Source: a virus | DNA: 64,000 bases | Direction: 5' to 3' (one strand) | Virus record (IMG/VR): IMGVR_UViG_3300008108_004834 | Coordinates: 1 to 64,000 of that record | Shown: positions 56,736 through 64,000 of the stretch, one piece after another | Numbering within the stretch: position 1 is the stretch's first letter | How the letters are laid out: each line of letters begins with the position of its first letter | Made by a program: the position numbers and the translations under genes | The notes under the pieces: model-generated | Databases searched by the model: none | The model's input: only the letters and a program-made list of their open reading frames with translations | What the model was told of the DNA's origin: nothing

Positions 56736-57310
56736 CAAAAGCAACTAACTACGAAACTAAAGATATTCACTCAAAAGACGGAAATTTGAGATTTGGTCAT
56801 ATACATAAAGATCAGGTCATTTCATCCGCAATGATTCAGGGTCAAGGTGGTCTTGAATATATTACGATTGACCAAACTGACCCAAGAAAAGGTTGGATTA
56901 CTTCAAGATGTAGAGGAAGATATCAGATTAAATGTGGTGATGATATACCAAAAGAGCAACCTGCATTTTGGTTAGATGCTGCAAGTGGGGATATTGTTAT
57001 TTCTACCCGTGGTCGTATCCGTATGGAAGCAGAAAATATTGATATTATTGCATACGGGGAAAATACCTCTAATGGATATGTAAATATATTAGGTAAGGAG
57101 GGGGTGAATATTGAAGCAAAAACTGTAAATGTAAATGGCAACGAAAAAATGTCCATCTTTACTGATGGTTCAATGCAAATGACCGCAATGAATATATTGA
57201 AAATGTACACGGGCGATATGCAAAGTTTAACCGCATCTTCTAACCTCAAACCACCAGAACTACCTATGCTTGGTAGCATACTAAATAAAGTATTCCCATT
57301 AAACCTGTAA
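56732..57310 (+). CDS. gp5 C-terminal beta-helix-like protein
   Basis: GDI.I....GRIR.EAENIDI; context. Confidence 0.55.
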   Translation: MTKATNYETKDIHSKDGNLRFGHIHKDQVISSAMIQGQGGLEYITIDQTDPRKGWITSRCRGRYQIKCGDDIPKEQPAFWLDAASGDIVISTRGRIRMEAENIDIIAYGENTSNGYVNILGKEGVNIEAKTVNVNGNEKMSIFTDGSMQMTAMNILKMYTGDMQSLTASSNLKPPELPMLGSILNKVFPLNL

Positions 57311-57316
57311 TATAAT

Positions 57317-58354
57317 ATGGCAAGTTTTGATGATATTTTATGTCACAAACAACTTCATTCAACTAAAGAAGCATCTACTCCTGAAGCATTGGGAAAGGGA
57401 GATAATTGTATCAAGGGGTCCGCATACCTTCAAGGTCCAGTTCAGTTTGGAAATGATAAGACATTCCACCCAGAAATAGAACCAAAATTTCCTCCCCCAA
57501 TACCAAAACCAGAAGCGACCGTGATGATCGGTCCCTTAAAAAACACCGACTCTCCTTTACCGACTGTTTGTGATAATTACAAATTTATTAAGAAATGGGA
57601 AATATCTCCATGTGGTGTTACTGGAATTGGTGCAGAAAAGTATGAAGAGAAACTTGCTAATCCATATTCTTTAGTTGTCAGATCTGGTCCTCACATTAGT
57701 AAAAATCAACAATGTGGTTCTGAAGGAATAAAAGAATTTTATGGGCCTGCTGCTGCAATGTTTATTGGTGACGTTGATATCTATGGATATACCCGGATAA
57801 AGGATAAATTATCTGTATGCGAAAAAGCAGATTTTAATAATGATATTGTGATAAGACAAGATGTAATTGTAGGATCTGATGTTGTAGCAAAAGGAAATAT
57901 AACAGCTAAAGGAGAAGTTAAATCTCAGTGCGGTTCTCACGTATTATCTGCAAAGAAAAATTTTGATATTCCTCACCCATCAAAAGAAGGTTGGAGACTT
58001 ACTCACACTTGCGTAGAAGGTCCAGAAGCAGCGGTTTATATTAGAGGTAGAGTAAAAAATAGTACAGAGATTCATTTACCTTCTTATTGGAAAGATTTTG
58101 TTGATATTCAATCAATTACAGTAAACCTGACTCCCATAGGTTCTCATCAAGACGTAATTGTTAAAAGGTGGGATGATAAGAAAGTTTATCTCCAGTCAAA
58201 AGGTGGAATGCCTATAGATTGTTTTTACTATATTATGGCAGAAAGAATTGATACTGAAAAATTAATTCCAGAGTATCAAGGAACTATTGATGATTATCCG
58301 GGAGATAATTCTCAAAGGTCTATTGCTGGATATCACTACGATGTAAAGGAGTAA
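57317..58354 (+). CDS. virion protein with chaperone-like C-domain
   Basis: KNFDIPHP...L.H.C.EGPE..VY.RG. Confidence 0.6.
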   Translation: MASFDDILCHKQLHSTKEASTPEALGKGDNCIKGSAYLQGPVQFGNDKTFHPEIEPKFPPPIPKPEATVMIGPLKNTDSPLPTVCDNYKFIKKWEISPCGVTGIGAEKYEEKLANPYSLVVRSGPHISKNQQCGSEGIKEFYGPAAAMFIGDVDIYGYTRIKDKLSVCEKADFNNDIVIRQDVIVGSDVVAKGNITAKGEVKSQCGSHVLSAKKNFDIPHPSKEGWRLTHTCVEGPEAAVYIRGRVKNSTEIHLPSYWKDFVDIQSITVNLTPIGSHQDVIVKRWDDKKVYLQSKGGMPIDCFYYIMAERIDTEKLIPEYQGTIDDYPGDNSQRSIAGYHYDVKE

Positions 58355-58358
58355 TAAA

Positions 58359-59570
58359 ATGACATATTTTCCACCAGATACTCAAAATGGAACTATAGAT
58401 CCATGGCCACCAACTATCATAATAAGAAATGATAGTTCATATGAATATGCCAGAAGATATGGAACTCTAGAAGATCCCCCAGATCTGGGAAGTATAGCAA
58501 CTGGCAAATTTGCAATATTGGGAATTGCTACAAGTCCAACATTCTTCAAATCAATTGATATCCTCCCCTCAATTGGAAGTAGTGTTACTCAGTATGTTTC
58601 TGTTCATTCTGAACCTACTTTATATGATGCTTCTCTATTAAAAGTTTGGCATTTTAGGGCGGATTCTTTAATATCAGATGCTGAGTATGAGTTTGGTCAC
58701 TCTTTCACTAGAGGATCTACAGATAACTCATATGGATTTTATTATGGAAGTAATGTTGGAGTTGCTACAACAGGATATTGGGGAGTTTTTATTGATGATG
58801 AAGTTTCTAATTATTTTGATGACCTGGTATTAGTTGGAAGAACTGTGCCAATAAAGATTAATAATACCATTACTCCTATTGTTCAAATATTCAATAATAA
58901 TGATAAGAGTGGATTATATGTTCAAGGAAACGTGGATATTGGGGGAAACTTAAAGGTTGGTGGGTCAGGAGATATTGATTCAACTCTTAATGTTGGTGCC
59001 AGATTAACTGTAGAATCTGGTGGATATGGTGTCACAGGAAATTCAAATATTACAGGAACTTTGAATGTTACTTCAACAGTAACAGCACCAACTTTTGTTG
59101 GAAATGTTACTGGAACTGCAAGTGGTAATAAATTACTTGCTGCTTTTGATATTCCTCATGTAAAGAAAAAAGGAAAAAGAATTCGCCATATTATTACAGA
59201 AGGTCCTGAAGCGGGAATTTATATTAGAGGAAAACTTAAAGATTCTAATGTGATAGAACTTCCCGAATATTGGGATGGTTTAATTGACCCAGAAACAATC
59301 ACGGTATCTTTAACTCAAATTGGATATTCGCAAGATTTGATTGTCGATAGAATTGAGTGGGGTAAGAAAATTATTATTCGTTCTGGTGTTGGTGCGAATA
59401 TTGATTGTTATTATGAAGTTTGGGCAGCAAGGTGGATTAATCCTATGGATCACAGTGAAGAATTGCATGTTGTTTATGAAGGAGAAACGCCAGATGATTA
59501 TCCAGGAAATAACGATAGTTTCCTAGTTGGAGGATGGGACTATGATAAGAGGAATCCTCAATGGTCTTGA
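58359..59570 (+). CDS. virion protein, paralogous C-domain
   Basis: FDIPH...RH...EGPEAGIYIRG, LP.YW. Confidence 0.6.
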   Translation: MTYFPPDTQNGTIDPWPPTIIIRNDSSYEYARRYGTLEDPPDLGSIATGKFAILGIATSPTFFKSIDILPSIGSSVTQYVSVHSEPTLYDASLLKVWHFRADSLISDAEYEFGHSFTRGSTDNSYGFYYGSNVGVATTGYWGVFIDDEVSNYFDDLVLVGRTVPIKINNTITPIVQIFNNNDKSGLYVQGNVDIGGNLKVGGSGDIDSTLNVGARLTVESGGYGVTGNSNITGTLNVTSTVTAPTFVGNVTGTASGNKLLAAFDIPHVKKKGKRIRHIITEGPEAGIYIRGKLKDSNVIELPEYWDGLIDPETITVSLTQIGYSQDLIVDRIEWGKKIIIRSGVGANIDCYYEVWAARWINPMDHSEELHVVYEGETPDDYPGNNDSFLVGGWDYDKRNPQWS

Positions 59571-59621
59571 CACCAGGACCTGACCATGCTATGATACTGT
59601 GGTAATCACGAAACTGCCTGA

Positions 59622-59804
59622 ATGCAAGATGAATACCTGACACGATGCGTGATTGATCCTATTAAACGAACAGTCTATCTGTATTCCAGCGAAGGAACAG
59701 AAAAGCAAGTAGAGTGTGATACTGTTGATGAGTTTATGAATGTACTAATGTTTGTTCGTGCAACCGTGAGTGAAGATATACTCTCATATGCAAATCCGCT
59801 TTAA
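59622..59804 (+). CDS. hypothetical
   Basis: TTGACA/TATGAT promoter upstream. Confidence 0.6.
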   Translation: MQDEYLTRCVIDPIKRTVYLYSSEGTEKQVECDTVDEFMNVLMFVRATVSEDILSYANPL

Positions 59805-59867
59805 TTTCCATTTTAGGTCGAAAAAATTCCCGGCAAAAAATTGCTCCTATTAGATTTTTCAAAAAGT

Positions 59868-60074
59868 ATGAATCCTTACAGAATTAACTACAAATCTCTA
59901 AAAGAAGAACCAGTAAAGACAACTCCAGAAAATGTTAAGGAATCAAATGAAGGATTATTTTACTCTAAAATGAATCTTCCACAAGCAGCAAAGCATTGTG
60001 GAATGAGTCAAAAGGAAATGAAATTGACTTTTTTTGAGTTTTTAAAGTATAATCCAGTCACATATAAAGCATAA
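59868..60074 (+). CDS. conserved hypothetical (HTH-like)
   Basis: KTTPENV.E.N, LP.AA.HCGM. Confidence 0.6.
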   Translation: MNPYRINYKSLKEEPVKTTPENVKESNEGLFYSKMNLPQAAKHCGMSQKEMKLTFFEFLKYNPVTYKA

Positions 60075-60098
60075 ATACCCAAAAAAGGAAGGTCTTCT

Positions 60099-60368
60099 AT
60101 GAAGTACCGTATAGATACAAAGTATTGCTGGTACAATAAAGGAACTCAAATCGTTCTTATGTACTTCATAAACAACATTCCTTTTACTTTTGACGAACTT
60201 CCCGACGAATCAATATACGACTTGAGTTTAATAGAAGTAGCAGATAAAGAAAGGCAATATGATCCAGAACATCTTTTTCTTTCCTCATTTTATCTCATAG
60301 ACGAAGAATGTCATCCTTTGTTATTTGAATTAGATTTAGAAAATCCCGAAATGTTACCTAAAGATTAA
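60099..60368 (+). CDS. conserved hypothetical
   Basis: ORF with late promoter. Confidence 0.6.
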   Translation: MKYRIDTKYCWYNKGTQIVLMYFINNIPFTFDELPDESIYDLSLIEVADKERQYDPEHLFLSSFYLIDEECHPLLFELDLENPEMLPKD

Positions 60369-60514
60369 AATGTCATTGTTATCAAAAAAAGACCGAAATC
60401 TTGCACTTGAGGCATTAGATTTCTATCTCTTCAATAAGAAATTTGATTTTACTGAAGAGAAAAGAATGGAAGTCAATGCTCTTATTAATTGGATTAAATT
60501 GGAACAATATAAAA

Positions 60515-60700
60515 ATGAAAATTAATTTGTGGTGGTGTGAATCTATGAAGAAATGGAGATGGACACTAATTGATGATTATAGACCTATTGTTAAACAAGA
60601 ATCTGGACAACAACCAGATCTTCGTCTTGCTATGAACGATATTGCAAATACAGTAGAATATATTATCAGCAAGCAAAATGACCCCTTAAACGAAGAGTGA
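60515..60700 (+). CDS. hypothetical
   Basis: WRWTL...QESG...LR.AM.D. Confidence 0.55.
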   Translation: MKINLWWCESMKKWRWTLIDDYRPIVKQESGQQPDLRLAMNDIANTVEYIISKQNDPLNEE

Positions 60701-60782
60701 TGTTGACTTATAAGACCTCCGAGCAATCGGGGGTTTTCTTGTGAATAAATAACTCATAACGGAAACTATAAGTACTAATAAG

Positions 60783-63700
60783 ATGGGTCTCTCACGTCTC
60801 GATAATTTTTTGAAGTCCGCAAGAGGAACTATTCTTTATGTTGATCCAAACAGTCTTGATTCAACTGACAGCATTGAAAACTCAGGAAATAGTTTAACGA
60901 GACCTTTTAAAACTATTCAAAGAGCCTTAATTGAAGCAGCAAGATTTTCATATCAACGTGGTCCAGATAACGATAGATTTAATAAAACAACAATTCTTCT
61001 ATACCCTGGCGATCATATTGTAGATAATCGTCCAGGATATATTCCTACTGGTTCCGGTACTTTTTCTTCTAGAGATGGTTCTACTGGTCTTTCGGATTTA
61101 GTTCAATGGGATTTGGATACTAGATTTGATTTGACAGTATCTGATAATACACTATACAAATTGAATTCCATTTATGGTGGGGTTATTATTCCTCGTGGAA
61201 CCTCAATTGTTGGTATGGATCTTCGTAAGACTAGAATTCGTCCTACGTTTATTCCAAATCCAGAAAATGACAATATTGACAGATCTTGTGTTTTCCGCGT
61301 AACTGGCTCTTGCTATCTGTGGCAATTTACCCTTTTGGATGCAGATCCCAATGGAATCTGCTATAAAGACTATACGACAAATACATTTGTTCCTAATTTT
61401 TCTCACCATAAACTCGCTGGTTTTGAATATGCAGATGGAGTAAATGGAGTTGAAATTAATGACGATTTCCTTAATGGAGGAAATGCAATTTCTACAACCA
61501 GAACTGATCTGGATATGTATTATGAAAAGGTTGCGCGTGTTTATGGTCCTTCTTCTGGTAGAGAGATTGTTCCTGATTATGGTGACGGAGTAATTGATAT
61601 TCAACCTGTTATAGACGAATATCGTATTGTTGGAACCAAAGGAAGATCAGTAGGAATCAGTAGCATCAGGTCAGGAAATGGTTCTACCGCAACAACTACA
61701 ATTACAGTTGATCTTGCCGAGGCAATTGAAGACTTAAGTGTAGATAGTCCTATTCAAATTTCTGGCGTTAGTGCTGCGGGATATGATGGACAGTATGTAA
61801 TTTATAGCGTTCCAAGTACTACTCAAATAACATATCAAGTCCAATCTCCACCTAAAAATGCACTTCCGGGCATTTCTGGTGCAACTTTAAATCTTACGAT
61901 AGATACTGTTACTTCATCTTCTCCATATATCTTTAACATATCCTTACGTTCTGTTTATGGAATGTGCGGATTGCTTGCGGATGGTGATAAATCAACTGGA
62001 TTTAAATCAATGGTTGTTGCTCAATATACTGGTATTGGGCTTCAAAAGGACGACAATGCGTTTGTGAAGTATGATTCTTTTGCTGGAGATTATGAAGATT
62101 CTACTACTGTAAGCAATCTTCATACAGATTCAAACTCAAGATTTAAACCGGAATATGAAAATTTCCACATTAAAGCAACTAACGATGCTTTCTTACAATT
62201 AGTTTCTGTTTTTGCAATTGGTTATGCTCAACATTTTGTGGCAGAAAGTGGTGGTGATATTGCAATTAATAACTCAAATTCAAATTTCGGAGCAAAATCA
62301 CTAGTATCTTATGGATTCAAGAGAAATGCATTTGGTCAGGATGATTATGGATATATCACACATATTCTTCCACCAAAAGAAATTGAATCTGATGCTGTTA
62401 GTATTGAATTTAATTCTTTAGATGTTGGATTAACTACTTCCAAATCTGTAGGTGCAGCAACAACTAGCAGTCTTTATATCTACAATGAGACTGACCAGAA
62501 TATTCCACCAAGAGTAATTATTGATGGATATCATATTGGTGCAAAAGAAAATGAACTCTTGACAGTTGAAGTTTTCCAAAATGGATTTACTACATCATAT
62601 TCTTCAAGAGTAGTGATGCCTACTGGAACTTATAACTCAACTCAATCCTCATCAGAAAAAGTATTTACCGTAGGAAGAAGTTCCGCTGGAATTAACACTA
62701 TTGTTTCAAATACCCTTACTCTTACTCAACCCCATTCCTTTATAAATGGAGAATCAATTCGTATTCTTGCTGATAATGGACATTTACCTGACGGATTAAA
62801 TTCAAATCAAACCTACTATGTAATCACCAAAGATTCTGCAACAGGAATTGGATCTGATCAAATTCGTATCGCTCAAACATTGAGTGATGCTCTCAATGGT
62901 TCTTCTTCCGGAAGTGCAATTCAGATTAACAATAAAGGAGGAACCTTAAGTATTATAAGTAGAGTCTCTGATAAAAATGCAGGGGATATTGGGCATCCAG
63001 TACAGTGGGATACTAGTGGAAATTGGTATATTAATGTTGCAACAGCAACAAATGGAATTTATGATGCCATGAATTCTTTGGGTGTTGCTGGATTAGGAAA
63101 TGCAACCACAAGAACTTATGTAACTCGTAAACCTGATTCTAGAGGATTAATTGATACCCTTTATAGAGTTCGTTATGTTTTACCAAAAGATTCCCCAATT
63201 ACATCAAGACCTCCTATTGATGGATATATTCTTCAAGAGTCTAATAATATTATTGGAACTGGATCGGATGAAATTTCGCAACTTTACAATACTTCCGGAT
63301 CTATTTCAAATTCCACAATATTAAGAAATCCAAAATTTATTGCGGATGCCTCTTGGTCTTCCAATGTAGTGACAATTACTTCTGAATTGCCACACGAATT
63401 AAGTGTTGGTGATCAAGTAGAAATTGATAATATATTGCCAGCACTGTATAATGGAACTTACAGTGTCACTTCTATAATTGACAGGAAAAAATTTACTTAC
63501 ACTTTAACTTCCAGTCCAGGAACATTTGCAAGTAACACTTCAGCAAGAGATGAAGATCTTCCGTATTTTAGAAGAAAAAGATATACAAAAACTTATCAAG
63601 TTTATAGAACTCAAGAAATTCAATCATATATTCCAAATTCACAAGACGGAATATATTACTTAACTCTAATCAACCACTCAAATTATCCAACAGTAACTCC

Positions 63701-64000
63701 TTTTAGGGAACTAGGATTTGCGCAACCAGTTGAAAATCTTTATCCACAATCAAACAACGACAATCCAAAATCCGATCCAGATTCATCAGTTTCTCACGCA
63801 TTACCTGATCCTATCGGAAAGGTTGTAATTGATGACCCACAAAATAGTATTACCAAAGAAACGTTAGAATCTTTTATTGTTGGATTTGGAATTACTAATA
63901 TACAATCCACAAGTGGAACTTCCCACACAATCTTTACTACAATTGATCATGGATTCTCTGGAATCACTTCAGTCAGTATTGTAAGTGGTGGAACTGCATA
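60783..64000 (+). CDS. very large virion structural/tail protein (3' truncated by the window)
   Basis: MGLSRLDNFLKS.RG.ILYVDP...RPFKTIQRALIEAARFSY; late promoter AATAAATA 60744; appears open to the window end. Confidence 0.85.
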   Translation, partial: MGLSRLDNFLKSARGTILYVDPNSLDSTDSIENSGNSLTRPFKTIQRALIEAARFSYQRGPDNDRFNKTTILLYPGDHIVDNRPGYIPTGSGTFSSRDGSTGLSDLVQWDLDTRFDLTVSDNTLYKLNSIYGGVIIPRGTSIVGMDLRKTRIRPTFIPNPENDNIDRSCVFRVTGSCYLWQFTLLDADPNGICYKDYTTNTFVPNFSHHKLAGFEYADGVNGVEINDDFLNGGNAISTTRTDLDMYYEKVARVYGPSSGREIVPDYGDGVIDIQPVIDEYRIVGTKGRSVGISSIRSGNGSTATTTITVDLAEAIEDLSVDSPIQISGVSAAGYDGQYVIYSVPSTTQITYQVQSPPKNALPGISGATLNLTIDTVTSSSPYIFNISLRSVYGMCGLLADGDKSTGFKSMVVAQYTGIGLQKDDNAFVKYDSFAGDYEDSTTVSNLHTDSNSRFKPEYENFHIKATNDAFLQLVSVFAIGYAQHFVAESGGDIAINNSNSNFGAKSLVSYGFKRNAFGQDDYGYITHILPPKEIESDAVSIEFNSLDVGLTTSKSVGAATTSSLYIYNETDQNIPPRVIIDGYHIGAKENELLTVEVFQNGFTTSYSSRVVMPTGTYNSTQSSSEKVFTVGRSSAGINTIVSNTLTLTQPHSFINGESIRILADNGHLPDGLNSNQTYYVITKDSATGIGSDQIRIAQTLSDALNGSSSGSAIQINNKGGTLSIISRVSDKNAGDIGHPVQWDTSGNWYINVATATNGIYDAMNSLGVAGLGNATTRTYVTRKPDSRGLIDTLYRVRYVLPKDSPITSRPPIDGYILQESNNIIGTGSDEISQLYNTSGSISNSTILRNPKFIADASWSSNVVTITSELPHELSVGDQVEIDNILPALYNGTYSVTSIIDRKKFTYTLTSSPGTFASNTSARDEDLPYFRRKRYTKTYQVYRTQEIQSYIPNSQDGIYYLTLINHSNYPTVTPFRELGFAQPVENLYPQSNNDNPKSDPDSSVSHALPDPIGKVVIDDPQNSITKETLESFIVGFGITNIQSTSGTSHTIFTTIDHGFSGITSVSIVSGGTA

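Overview
This is a 64-kb segment of an AT-rich T4-like cyanomyophage. Its host is probably a Synechococcus/Cyanobium; the large tRNA array suggests a freshwater type. In order, it contains: (1) the 3' part of a probable two-piece tmRNA and a dense tRNA array (14 tRNAs plus one tRNA-like element, an HNH gene and an unassigned structured RNA); (2) dps and small ORFs; (3) a 12-kb glycan island (gmd, fcl, GT11, GT6, methyltransferases, epimerase, WcbI, HtrL, GT4, GT25); (4) an auxiliary metabolic block (SLH outer-membrane protein, pstS, two hli, petF, petE, peroxiredoxin); (5) a lysin locus and a PilZ/SNase island; (6) psbA with an EndoVII-type endonuclease, psbD, talC and gnd; (7) core T4-like genes (grx, speD, thyX, phoH, exonuclease, g33, g59, g32); (8) the baseplate/tail module (g53, g48, g2, g4, g54, g26, g51, hub proteins, cp12, g5) and a large virion gene truncated by the window end. 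The strongest novel candidate is a programmed -1 ribosomal frameshift signal (A_AAA_AAG, stop, 5 nt, perfect 11-bp hairpin) that would fuse a C39-like peptidase to a GH24 lysozyme lacking its own start codon. Other highlights are a phage tmRNA-like tag with an altered resume codon, several non-canonical tRNAs, an RNA carrying a permuted T-loop/D-loop module, a PilZ (c-di-GMP) module and an ABO-like glycosylation cassette. All assignments come from motif recognition by eye; no searches were run.
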